Part shown: piece by piece, positions 49,899 to 61,365 of the stretch
Position numbering within the stretch: the stretch's first letter is position 1
Layout of the letters: every line of letters begins with the position of its first letter
Source: Amoebophrya sp. A120
Taxonomy: Eukaryota; Protista; Dinoflagellata
Length of the DNA: 64,000 nucleotides
NCBI GenBank assembly: GCA_905178155.1
Contig: CAJINV010000001.1
Span: 6,233,860 to 6,297,859 of the forward strand
Direction: 5' to 3'
Notes under the pieces: model-generated
Seen by the model: the letters and a program-made list of their open reading frames with translations, nothing else
The model's database searches: none
Told to the model about the DNA's origin: nothing
Made by a program: the position numbers and the translations under genes

Positions 49899-51104
49899 AT
49901 GGCCGGAACCGTACCACCGACACGAATTATACTAACGGAAGAAGAGGTCCCGTCGTTCGCCTACGCTGAATGGGTCGAGAAACGAGTCGGAGATGTTGCC
50001 GCAGGACTGGAGAGGCGGGTGCGAGAAACAGCAGAGCAAAACAGGCTAGCAATTTTGCGAGAACCCGCAAAAACCGCTGAAATTATGAAGAAAGGAACCG
50101 CGCTAGTCGAAAATAGCACCTTCCTCGTGGACGATTACCGGCACCACTGCACTTGTCTTCGTAGTGCGCGAGAAGGAAAATTCTGCCACATCGACGACAT
50201 ACAACGCGACAAAACGACCCACGAGACCTTTGTCTGGCTGCCACTAAAGGCGAGAAAAAGCGCCGCCGCGGCAGACGAGGCCGACGCTGGTGATGTTGCA
50301 GCCGCTGCCGGAGTTGATGCAGAAGGTGCTGTAGGAGAAACAGCGGGAGCGGATGAACGAGAAAGATGGCTAAGCGGCGAGGCACTAGAAAATTGGCACC
50401 GCAATGACGAGAACAGAAACCGCGCACTACCCAGACACGACCCGGACGTACTTGTTCGCGACGGCTTTCGCTGGTTGGGACCGGGCTATGCCCACCTAAG
50501 TGGCTCCATTGCGCAAGACCAGTTGCGAATGTGGATGGCGGTGGTGCGACGGCGTTGGGAAACAGAAGCGCAGCTTCCGAACTTTCCCAAGGAGCTCTTT
50601 CTCATCGTTCGAAGGTTTCTTCGACCTGTCGGCAGTGTCATACTGAACCCCATGTACTTGGCCGTTGTAACGGAGCGCAAGCGGACGAGTGATCTGGAGC
50701 ACCTGCTTACTGCTGGGCTCGCTCACTGCTTGCAGGCGGCGCATTCTCTGGGCACGACCAACGAGAAAGAAGTGGCCGGAGCGGTATCGTGGTCTAAGGA
50801 TGCGACGGAGGTTCGAGCACTGGGAAACACAATAGTCACTGTGATGCTAGCAAACAAGTTTTTTTCCGTGGAGGGCCCGAATATGTGGCCGACAAGGACC
50901 GAAGAACAGATTACAAGTAGTCGCGCGTGGAACGAACTGCGGCAACAGGAAATAACGGCACGGGACCCCTTCGTGAGGCTATCCAAGAACGAGGCGAAGT
51001 ATGATAACATCATGTCCGTCCTGCGCACATTCTTCGAAGCGAAAGGGTTGAACTTTACTCAGAACGAAGAGGAACGTGAAAAATTCACAATCTCGTGGGC
51101 CTGA
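49899..51104 (+). CDS. Unknown ~400-aa protein, tandem paralogue 3
   Basis: Same conserved blocks as paralogue 1; motif NFPKELFLIVRRFL. Confidence 0.88.
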   Translation: MAGTVPPTRIILTEEEVPSFAYAEWVEKRVGDVAAGLERRVRETAEQNRLAILREPAKTAEIMKKGTALVENSTFLVDDYRHHCTCLRSAREGKFCHIDDIQRDKTTHETFVWLPLKARKSAAAADEADAGDVAAAAGVDAEGAVGETAGADERERWLSGEALENWHRNDENRNRALPRHDPDVLVRDGFRWLGPGYAHLSGSIAQDQLRMWMAVVRRRWETEAQLPNFPKELFLIVRRFLRPVGSVILNPMYLAVVTERKRTSDLEHLLTAGLAHCLQAAHSLGTTNEKEVAGAVSWSKDATEVRALGNTIVTVMLANKFFSVEGPNMWPTRTEEQITSSRAWNELRQQEITARDPFVRLSKNEAKYDNIMSVLRTFFEAKGLNFTQNEEEREKFTISWA

Positions 51105-51854
51105 ACATACCTCCTGATCAGCTTGCGTATCCTACGTATTTGTTTCCCGACACGACTTCGACTTTTGTAAGTGCTAAGTGCTAGGCATACAACTGTGACT
51201 TACCGTTTATTTCGCCTGCTTGAAATGAGAAAGACAAAGAGAAATATGAAGATGAGAAACTACTATTGACGCTGTGACGGCCGCAAGGATTGCACCGTGT
51301 AGCGCCTTTTTTTTTTGGTGTTCGGACACCGAGGAGGAGGACTGCTATTGCTTCCCAGTAATTGTAATGGCAGTGAAACGGAAACCGAGGCTCGATCTCG
51401 AATGTGCCGCACATTCAGGTGAAGAGGAATATGTGCAGCTATTTCGGGTGCAATTTGAATCCACTACGTAAAGGTAAACTAAAAAACGCGTTGATGCCTC
51501 GTCTTAACAACTTGAAGTAAGTGAACTTCATCGAAGTGAAAGTGGGCGTTGAAGACTTGTATCGACATATTAATTTCTGCAACTGCACGTCGTGCCTGTG
51601 CCAAATTCAAATTGATTTTGATGATTCGTTCTTGGAGCGCGCGGATAGAACAGGAGTCGGTCTGCGTGCAGCTGCATATTGTGCAGCCGCACCATGACGA
51701 CCATCCTTGCTTCAGTTTCTGTTTCGTTGGAACGGTACGTAGTCGAAGAAGGCTTGGTACACAGTGACTTTCGTTTTGATAGAAGTGTGTTTTGTCATCC
51801 TCGTCCAACTCTTAATTGGAAGGTAATATCACTAGAAGTAGGTGGTCTACCAAT

Positions 51855-53357
51855 ATGATGAACGTCGATCGCATCATTAAGCATCGCGCATCCATCGCGA
51901 GCGATCTGCAGAAGGCGCGCGACACATTATCTGCCTCACTTCACCCGACTGGCGACCCCTCGGCCGCGGGCGGGAGCGGGTGCGCAACCGCAGAAGCAAG
52001 AGAAAACGAAATTGGAAATCCTGATCGGGTCTCCAGCACCTCCACGTGTGACACGACAGTAGATGATCAACTAGACGCTGGATCGTCGCTTGCGTCTTCC
52101 TCAAACGCGTTGAATTCCGCTAGCAGTCCAGACGGCTCTACTTCGTCGCGGTCAGTCAGTGCTTATGTGGCGCTTTTTTCGATCTTCCTCCTATTCTACA
52201 GCAACCTGTTTTGTACAGGAGCTGGTATTGGTGGAGCGCCCGCGACGGTGGTGACAGAAGGACCTCATCTTCGCGATTTACAGACAACCGAACTTCTTGT
52301 AGACGATGAAGACGGTTTCTTTGCCAGCGCGTTCAAGCACGTCCTGCGGCGGTTGAACTTGTACTCCGACCCGGTGCTCTGCTCCACCATCCCGGCGCCG
52401 GACGGAGTAGCCGTTGATCCTCCTGACTGCATTCCCTGTCCGGACCAAGGCACTTGTCGGAACGGAACGCTTGTCGCATGCGAGGCGCCTTTCGTGGTGG
52501 TGAAAGCTCGGACGTGCGTCAAGGACGAAGGCATCGTCAACAGAGCCGCACATTATGCGAGCCTGCTGGAAACGGAGCTCGCTTGGATGAAAGGCCGGAG
52601 GGAATGTCTGCCGGAGGGGAAAGAGGTACGAATTACAAATGATCGTTTGAGGGTTAAGACCATCGATCAAGATCATCATGCAGTATTTCTTATAGTGATT
52701 ATGTCGTGTATCATGCAGGCATTCATCCCAGAAATATTGACTTCGCCCTCCAAATAAACTTCACAGACCGTTGACCGCAGCGAAGCTTCGGAGTATCTGC
52801 GCGAGAAAATCTCAGACGATGTTTGGGACGACGCCGCGTTTGCACTGCTTTACGCGCCGCCGAACAACAAAACTGATCTCGCCAGGATAATACCACCAAC
52901 CCTTCGGCGAGACGACATCCGTGCCGGTACTACCGTGTTCGTTTCCACCCGAGCCACAGTGCCGCTTCTGTGTCGGGCCAAGCTGCTTTTCTGGCACTAC
53001 GTTCCAACACTGCTGCTGGGTTTGTCCTTACTTGCGCTCTTCCTCCTTTTCCTCAAGCGGGAGGCGCGAAAGCGGTGGATCAGGGAAACTCTGATTCGGG
53101 AGGTGGAGAAAAATACAAAAGTGGAGCCGGTGTTGCAGGGACTTAGTCTGGAGGATCTGCAGCTTCTCACCGGGGAGCCTGACGCGGAAAAGATGCTTGT
53201 GATCGTCGAGGAAGCAGAGAGAAGGGGAAAAATCTCCCGCGATGTTGCAAACGGGGCGCTTTTCTTCTACTGTCAGCGGATTGCGGACGAACTCGCACCT
53301 GCGAAAGAAGTGAAAGTGGCACACGGAATAGGTGCTCGGAAAGTGCAATTGTGCTGA
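51855..53357 (+). CDS. Man1/Src1(Heh1)-like inner nuclear membrane protein
   Basis: TM1 (YVALFSIFLLFY), luminal CIPCPDQGTC..LVACEAPF..CVKD, VPLLCR before TM2 (FWHYVPTLLLGLSLLALFLLF). GT-AG intron 52626-52766 is in frame. Confidence 0.78.
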
Positions 53358-54093
53358 CACGGCTGGAAGGCCACGCAGGTGCGACGTGACCGCCGCATCT
53401 CTATTGATGAAATTTCGATGAAGATTTGAATTAGGTTCTTATGCTTACGCAAGAATGCACGACAGCACGGACACTCTGTATGATTACGACCGAAAATCGT
53501 GGGCAGGGAGGTCGAAAGGAGCTGCGCGCCTACAGCGTTTCCAGTCGAAAGGAGCTGCGCGAGTAGCTAGGTCGCGGTCGTGCTGCAAACCCGTGATTGG
53601 TTACCCGGCGCAAGGTTTTCTTTAAAGACGTCGTACCCGGCACGGAAGTACGACGAGAGCAGTGTTCGCAAAGTTCCCTACGTATTTTGTCGAGGATCAT
53701 CGTGCACGTGCTTTTTGCAAATCTTCAAGACGTGTGTCAACTGCTGCCAGGAGCTCCTTGTTCATAATTCATAAGATGATCAAGATCTTTCTGTGTTTGT
53801 TTTGAGGAAGATCAAGCACGAGATCAGACACGGCGAAACTGACTGGACGAGTTGATCAGCAGACGTAAGAATGCAGTGGCCTCCTGCTTTACTTGAGGGC
53901 ATTTGCTATATCTATGTGTGAGATGAGTCACAGGCTGCGGCTCCAGATTTAGGTACTAAAAAAGCGTAGCTTAACAAGCGCTACGTGTGGAGATCTTGTT
54001 GCGCAAAGCAAGTGCTGCATGTCGGGGGAAGAACAAAATTCGAATTTGTTTCTGTTCTCGTCGTTCCAGCCCATTTGAAATAGGCGTAAAAGC

Positions 54094-55335
54094 ATGGCCC
54101 AACAGATGAGCAGCACCTCGAGCATGGACTGTGTCCTAAACCTGCGGCCTCCGCTCGTCGCGGGCCCAGATTTCGTTTCCGTCATACAGGAGCTCTACGG
54201 TGCAGACGAGTACGGCAGTTTGGTCTTCGAAAAGTGTCTGCCCTCCGAACGCGACCGCAATTACCTGTATCGCAAAAGGGACCACTCGAGCGGAGCAAGT
54301 GGCAGTCGTGTGGTGTTCAAGATTTCCAACCAGGGGGACTCCTTACAGTTGCTGTCGGCGCAAACGCAAGTAATTTTGCATTGCGGGAATGCAGGAGCGC
54401 CGGTGCAGCGTGTGCTTTCGAAAATAAAGGCACAAGAAAGCGATATGGCTGCGACTTCGACCACAAAAGCGGCCCACGCTTGTTTTCCCCACCAGGACTA
54501 CCTGACTCCACTGTTGCTTGAAAAAGACACTGTGGCGATTGCAACGAAAGAGAACAATGCAACTCGTTCTGATTCATCAGCACCGCCAGCCGGTACCGCA
54601 AGAAATACGTTCTGGGCCCGGCTCTTGACTTTCGTAGAAGGAGACGTTTTGTCCGCGGTACCGCCGACGACAGAGATCTGGAAGGAGGCAGGCCGTGCCG
54701 TGGCTCGCGTATCGGATAGCCTCTGCGATTTCTACCAGAAGTGCAAAGATATGAATGATGTTGCAGCGGAGCTGCATGATGGAGGCAAAAACACGACCTT
54801 TCAGTGGTGGAGCAGGCTGAATGAGGACTTCGAGTGGAACTTGCTCACCTACGAGAGGACGATAACGAAGTACCTCCCCTCCATCACAGATGAGGCAAAG
54901 CGTAAATTTGTCGAGAACCTAGTACAACAGCACGGTAAAAGATGGCGACAACGACCTGAACTAGTCCTCGCGCACGGGGACCCCAATGACAACAACCTTG
55001 TCGTCACACGCGAGGGCGAGGTGGTTGTTCTCGATTTCGGGGATTTGTGCGCTTCGTTTCCCTTCGCGGACGCGTCTGTAGGGGCTGCGTACGCACCAAG
55101 CGAGGAGTGTGCAAAAGCGTTTGTCAACGGGTGTATGGAAAAATCTACGTCGTTGACAAAAGAGAATGATCCAGATATGATCGAGGAGAGGATCCACGCT
55201 TGGGCCAAAATACGACGTGCGACCAGTGTGTGTATTAGCAGCTACCAAGCACAGCAGCATCCGGACGACGAATATCTGCAGTGTTCCGCAGATCAAATGT
55301 GGAGGACACTCGGGTTTCAGAGCGAAGGAAAATGA
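54094..55335 (+). CDS. APH/choline-kinase-fold phosphotransferase, hydroxylysine-kinase-like
   Basis: LPSERDRNY, VFKISN, RLLTFVEG, EWNL, Brenner-type HGDPNDNN, LDFGD; intronless. Confidence 0.85.
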   Translation: MAQQMSSTSSMDCVLNLRPPLVAGPDFVSVIQELYGADEYGSLVFEKCLPSERDRNYLYRKRDHSSGASGSRVVFKISNQGDSLQLLSAQTQVILHCGNAGAPVQRVLSKIKAQESDMAATSTTKAAHACFPHQDYLTPLLLEKDTVAIATKENNATRSDSSAPPAGTARNTFWARLLTFVEGDVLSAVPPTTEIWKEAGRAVARVSDSLCDFYQKCKDMNDVAAELHDGGKNTTFQWWSRLNEDFEWNLLTYERTITKYLPSITDEAKRKFVENLVQQHGKRWRQRPELVLAHGDPNDNNLVVTREGEVVVLDFGDLCASFPFADASVGAAYAPSEECAKAFVNGCMEKSTSLTKENDPDMIEERIHAWAKIRRATSVCISSYQAQQHPDDEYLQCSADQMWRTLGFQSEGK

Positions 55336-56401
55336 TTTGTTGATTTATTTTACATCCACGGAAGCACAACTACGATGATATGGAAACACGAAACAAGCAA
55401 ACAAGCTCACGTGTTAAGCGAAAACACAAAAAACTGCCCTCTGACTCCTGTGTAGGAATGGCTCACTTTGATAACGCCAAGAGATGTAAAAAACGTACGA
55501 AGACGAGGGCTCGAGGCGGCGATTCTTGCTCCGCGAATTACACAGGCTCGACTTGGCCGCGATCAAAGACTGAGCCGAGCCGCTCTCTTTGCTCGTCGTA
55601 CTTTTTCAACCCGCCACAGGCTGGGCCTGTGTTTCTTGTAGTGGCTATGGTTGAGAAACCAGGAGAGTGGTGGATCCATTCGCGTGAAACTTCTATGTCG
55701 AGAAACTACAATGAGCGCGAAACGAACATGGTTCCGGAGTTTTTTGAGAAGTAAGGATCGCCTCAGAAATATGACCGCGATCGGTAATATTCAGTCGTTG
55801 CGTTCCTCGTACATCTACATGAGTTTTATCGTCAAAGAGATTGACTCAGCAACTTGTTGCAGTCTCTGCGAGCAGTTTTGCTTTGACTGCGACCATTAGA
55901 AGATGCCTGCAAAAAAAAATTTAGCAAGTAGTGCTAAAAGTAAAAAGGGCGATCATAAAAGTAAAACAAAGAACAACAATAAGAAAAAGAATAATCTTAA
56001 TCCCGACGTGCTATTGCTAAGAGGAAACAACGCCAAAAGAAATGAAGGAGCTCAGCGAGGCCTGCCAAAGAGCGGCTTAGAGCAATGCATACGCAAAGAT
56101 TATTCCAGCAACTGACTTGAACAATTACAATTTATTCTGCTTTTCGTCTGTGACGGTGTTATTTTTTCAAATTTAATGTCCATGAATACGTCTATCCGTA
56201 TCTTTTCGTTTTCTCATTGAGATTTTTTTCAAAATAAAAGCTGAGCTCGAAGTTTGAGTTTCCTATTTTCCGATACGGGCCGGGCGTCTTCTGTTTTTCC
56301 TACAGGTGGATACTTGTGTAGAGTAGCTGCCTTGTACTTGTTCACCACGGACCGCTCGTTTCTGTGATTGACCCCGCCGATCCCCCCGAACCGCTTCCGC
56401 G

Positions 56402-59400
56402 ATGCCGGAGTTGTTGAAAAGCGAGGTTGGTGTCGAAACCACTGCACAACCAGCAAAACCAAAGGAGCCGGCAGCTGAAGAAATCCAGAAGTCCTCGCCC
56501 CCAGCTGCAGTCACGACAAAAGCAGAGGCTGCTGCCGAAGCACTTGCTGGCGAAGCTACCACTGCAGTCGAGGCGGAGCTGCAGAATAAGCCGTCGTCGT
56601 CGTCAACATCCGGCAATGTTGTGGAGGCCCACGCAGAGGTTCTGGATCAGAAGCAGGAGTTGTTGCAGAAGAATCAAAAAGAGGACATCGCATCAGGAGC
56701 TGCGCGAGAAGATGATCATCCAACGAAACAAGTGAAAATGGACGGGGACACCAAGGACAACGGAAATGGTCAAGAACAAGCTCCACCCGCGAAGCGACCA
56801 AGAGGCAGACCAAAGAAATCTGCTCTGCCGCAACACCAGGAAGGAGGAAATAAGGCAGGAGCACCGGACAAAGCAGCCGCGGCTCCCAAAAAGCCTTCCA
56901 AAATGAAACAAGCTAAAAGTAGCGCAGGATCAAAAAACAAATCCGGCGACGCAGCAGCTGATCCTGACATCGAGATGAAGGGCGAGGTAAATGAAAATCA
57001 AGACAACGATGAACAGGCGGACGTCACGAACAAAGACAACAAAAATCGGGAGGTTTTCATGAAGCCCGCCGGCGATGGCGACTCATCCTCGGACGACGAC
57101 GAGAAGCGTGTGGTGAACGGCGGAGAGGAGGCTGGTCGGCTCTCTCGAGTGGAGGAACGACCGCCCGCCAAGGCACTCCCGAGAAACGAAGACAAGTGGA
57201 ACACGTTGAAGAGTGTGGCGGAGAAAGCGCAGGACTGCCTCGACCGAGAGAACTACAAAGACTTGGAGGCGTATTTTCTGGAATTGTGGAAACAGGGCAA
57301 GCAGGACGAGATGTGGGGTTTCTGCGAAACACTGCTGGAAAAGCACAAACACACCTTCCCCGTTTCCGCAGCGAGAAACAATGTCTATGAAAGCTCCAAG
57401 AAGGAAACGGAAAAGTCAAAAGCGCGGACCTTCTACAACTTAGGGCTAGTCAATCACCGGCCGGTGGGGAAATTAGCGGCCGAGATGGAAAATAAACCGG
57501 CGAAGGAACTGGTATAAATGCAAGCAGGTTGCTGCTTCTGTTGATGTTGATCAAAGTTTTTTTTTGTTGTTGACGTGTCGCAATCTTCATTGAGACCACA
57601 ACCACCTCGTTCTATGATGCCCCTGCGCTCTTGGTCATTTCATCTTGTTCCCATTCTCATCTTCAGGCGATCGCCCTCAACGCTGCAATGACGGTCTGCA
57701 GACTCGCGGGCGACGAGAAAGAAAGCGGTGAAAAGCTGTTTTGGCACAGCGGAATAACGTTGAATCTCAATGGCACCACCCGCGTGCATTGTGACAAAGG
57801 CAATCTCGGAAGAAGCCGGGCGGCCGCGTTTGGGACTTTTATCGGTGGCGAGACGCTGATATACGATCCAGAGGGCACCCAATGGATGAACGTAAAAGAC
57901 CGCCGAAGCCTGGCCTGCGTCCGAGAACGGGGATGGAACGCGTGGAAGCACGGGCTGGAGCCACTAGTGCTGCGGATCAAAGGTATTAAATTTGTAACGG
58001 GTTGGTCTTTTGCTTTTTCGTGGTCAGCCCGCGTGGAGCGGCCCTTGCTCTTCATACATTCGTGAATGCGCGCACTGCTGGGCGTGCCGGCGCAAGGCGC
58101 AGAAGTGTCGTTGCTTGGTGTTCTCATGCAAGTTGTGCTCCAATGTGGATGTCAATCTAATGGAGTCGAAAACTTTTCATGACAGGAACCGAAGAAGTGA
58201 TAACCGCGGACCGCGAATGGTTGTCAACAGACGCGGGAAATTCCCTCTACAAATCTGAAATACAAATGCCGTTTCGGCGTGCCGTCGTATTTCATAATGC
58301 CCCGGATTTCGAAGGACCGCTGCCGCATTGTACTGCGCCCGCGTTTCCTCCGTGCTGGGCAGAGGACGGCGAAAACCGCCCGGAGGCGTTGCGGGGGCTG
58401 AAGCTGTTCGGCGAAGACATGGACGCGGATGACCTCGACCGAGTCATCAAGTTCTGCGCCGACAACCAGGACGAAATGGTCAAACTCGGCTACACCAGAT
58501 ACGTAGCAGTGTCCTACCCACACCAATGCGCGACCACGTTCCGCATCGCAAAGGGCTCCCCCGAGGCCGCGGCTACCTACGGCTTCGCGCGGCTGTGCGA
58601 CCCGCGCTACGAGGCTAGCAGGGTGAAGCTGGAAAGTCTCTTTCGCGAAGAGATTACGAGGGACGGCGCGGGCAAAATTTCGCTGAAAGAGCTGGGAATC
58701 GCGGGGCTTGCTGGCGAGTGGAAGGGCGGCAAGGAAAATTTGAAACCGGACTCAGTGAAAGACAAGGAGAAGGAGATACGGGAAACCACGGAAAAGAAGA
58801 TCGCGGAGGAATTGAAATTGGAGCCGGAGGCGGTGCGGAAACTGTTAGCAGACACTACCAAAGATTACACGTGGAAGTACGTGGAGAACCGCAGTGACAC
58901 GTGCCCCGTACTGCTGCTCGACGACCTGCTGATCGAGTGGGGTATCGAAGACGCAATCAAGGAAGAACGAAGGGAGCGGATTAAAAAGCGGGAGGAAAAG
59001 TTGAAGGAAAAGGAGGAAAACAAGGACCCGAAAGCGAAAGTCACCGTGCCAGCGGCACCAAAGGACGAGCTCGCGTACGTGGTCGGCGTAAAAAGAACGC
59101 TCAGGGAAATGCTGAGAACGTTTGAGGGCAGGGTATAAAAGTTTCGCTTTTCATGGGGTTTTTACATATCGGAATTGGTGTTGCAGTAAAGGTTTTGTAT
59201 ATTGCTTCTCCAAAAAGAAAAGAAATGCTTTTGGGTTTGTGCCATAGCCTGCAACCCCAGCTACAGAAGCAGAAGCCTTTGAAATCTTCTAACAGTGCTT
59301 CTCGCTACCACCACAAGTAGAAGAGTGAGTCACTGCGACTGGTGGCTCACTGTCAATAGCGACGCCTTTACGACCGGTGGCTCATTGTCAATATTGACCG

Positions 59401-60499
59401 GTCGTGGTGCACTGTCAATGCGGTGGCTCACTGTCAACAGCGGATCCTGCGCAAATGAGTGATAGTTGGTTCTTCGTTCTCAACATACAAATAATACAAT
59501 GCTAAATTACAATAACTACAGACCATCCCCGAGTTTGCTTCTGGGAACAACCCCGGCTACATTCCGTGGCGCGATTACCCACCCAAGTGGTGGTGGCGAA
59601 AAGGGACGGACTTGAGCGCGGTCAAGGCCATGTATGTGAACCACTACAACAAGACGCAAGTCGTCACGGCTGGCGCAGCACCAAACCCCACCATCGTCGG
59701 CCGGCTGCGGGACTGCAGTGCCTGGAACGCCACGGAGAAAGGGCAGACGGGCGCGCGACTGCAGATCGAACAAAAATTCAACGAAAATGTCGAATCGAAG
59801 GAGACGGCGGCGGAAATCAAATTGCGCGAAGAACTGCAGAAACTCAAACGAGAACGGCGTGGGAAGCCCGAAGCAAATAACGCAGAGGAGACGAAGAAAC
59901 TGCAGGAGGGCGGCGAGCTTGCCGACGGAGAAGCGGAGCAAGCTAATCCACCAGCCAAGAAAGCCAGAAAAATGGCAACTGCTTCCATGAAGAAGGTGAA
60001 GGCGACAGTTGCGGGGGGAGAGAGCAAAAAGGATGCTGCTGAGCAAGACGTCGAGATGCGCGATGTAGTTGCACAGCAGGACGGTATGGGCGAGCAGAAT
60101 CCAGACGAGAGCGCGAATAACGTTGGGGCCGCTGACCGAAAGGATGTTGAAGCTCCTACTGGCGGTTCGTCAGCATCATCCTCTTCGTCAAGTTCATCTT
60201 CATCATCCAGCAATACAAAGCAAGCCACATCCTCGAAGGATTCGTCTGTGTGTGGAGTGGGCGACGCGGAAAGAAAAGGCAAAAATTCTGAAAAAGACGC
60301 CGCGAAGCCGAAAAAAAAAGCAAAGAAGAACCAGGATCCACCGGAAGGGTGGTACCAGCCGACCCTGTTCGAGTGCTTTGCGAAATCGAAACCCAATCCT
60401 TCATCTGTCGATCCCAGTCACAAATCTGAAGAGAAAAACAATCCGTCCGACGCCGATCACCACAACAAGAAGGCCGATGCTTCTCTACTCGAGTCCTAG
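56402..60499 (+). CDS. AT-hook + TET/JBP-like 2OG-Fe(II) dioxygenase with C-terminal PIP-box-like motif
   Basis: Four ORFs join in frame via GT-AG introns 57512-57666, 57983-58185, 59133-59521. AT-hook KRPRGRPKK; HCDKGN..GTFIGG (HxD 57787-57795); distal PHCT (His 58326); RYVAVSY (Arg 58497); QPTLFECF (60356-60379). Confidence 0.75.
59341..59438. repeat. Four imperfect direct repeats inside an intron
   Basis: GGTGGCTCACTGTCAA-like units at 59341, 59376, 59404, 59422. Confidence 0.85.
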
Positions 60500-61365
60500 G
60501 TAGGATTTTGCGCAGCTTCTCTCCGGAGCCGCATGCTTACTGCGGTCAACGAGCGGGAACGTGAGGCCTGAAAGTCCCATTGCTATAGTGAAATTGTATA
60601 TTGAGTTTTTTTTTCTATGTTTTGCTTTCAAGAACCAACTAATTCAACTCTCAAAATCACCATGTAGTTCTTGACGTCAACATCTAGCACGCAGTTCTTG
60701 ATGTGCAAATTCCGCACATCGACCGCAGCTCAACATCATTTCTGTCGCGCTGGCGAACCAACGCAGAATTTCCCTTGCGCAAAAAACTGTAGAGTCACGA
60801 TTATTTGACTGCTTGAGCAGGTTGAATCTGAAAGGTGGCGCTGAACGCCAATACTGCAGCACATGCCAGAGCGCCGGTCCCGCAGTACTTTTGGAAGGTG
60901 GAAAATGACTTTTTGCTTCTGGCCACCGATTCCCCTGTTCCTATCGTATCTGCGTCTGAGTAATAAAACAAAGAATGACCCGCAAGGTTTACGATATTTT
61001 GACCGGCTAGCTAGTTCTAGCTGCTAGTGTGCGAAGAATGTTGACGAGGAGTGAAGGCAGAATCACATGAAGTCGGAAAGACGAGTGATGATCATGAGTG
61101 AGGCTGCAGTGTAGCGAAAACAAAAGACAAGAGCGAACACCTGCTGCGTCGAATAGGCGTTTCCTGTATGGAGTGCTCTATTCAGTTCTCTCCATGATTC
61201 CTGCCCTTCGACCCACCTTCAATTGAGGCTACCCGTAAGAAACAAGGGCAGTGAGGATTATGATTATCGGTAGTACGGATAAGTAATTATCCGAGCCTGT
61301 GACGGTTGCGTCACCTTGCTTCTTCATCTTCATTTCGTTGTAACCTCGCTACGTCGACATTTATC

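Noticed and set aside
55903-56115. Lys/Asn-rich 70-aa ORF as a DVNP/histone-like basic protein
   Set aside because: Its composition follows from A-rich sequence and no conserved motif was seen; it could be an upstream exon or UTR but cannot be supported.
59341-59438. Repeat-spacer pattern as a mini-CRISPR
   Set aside because: Repeats are short and imperfect, spacers range from ~2 to 18 bp, and the location is intronic.
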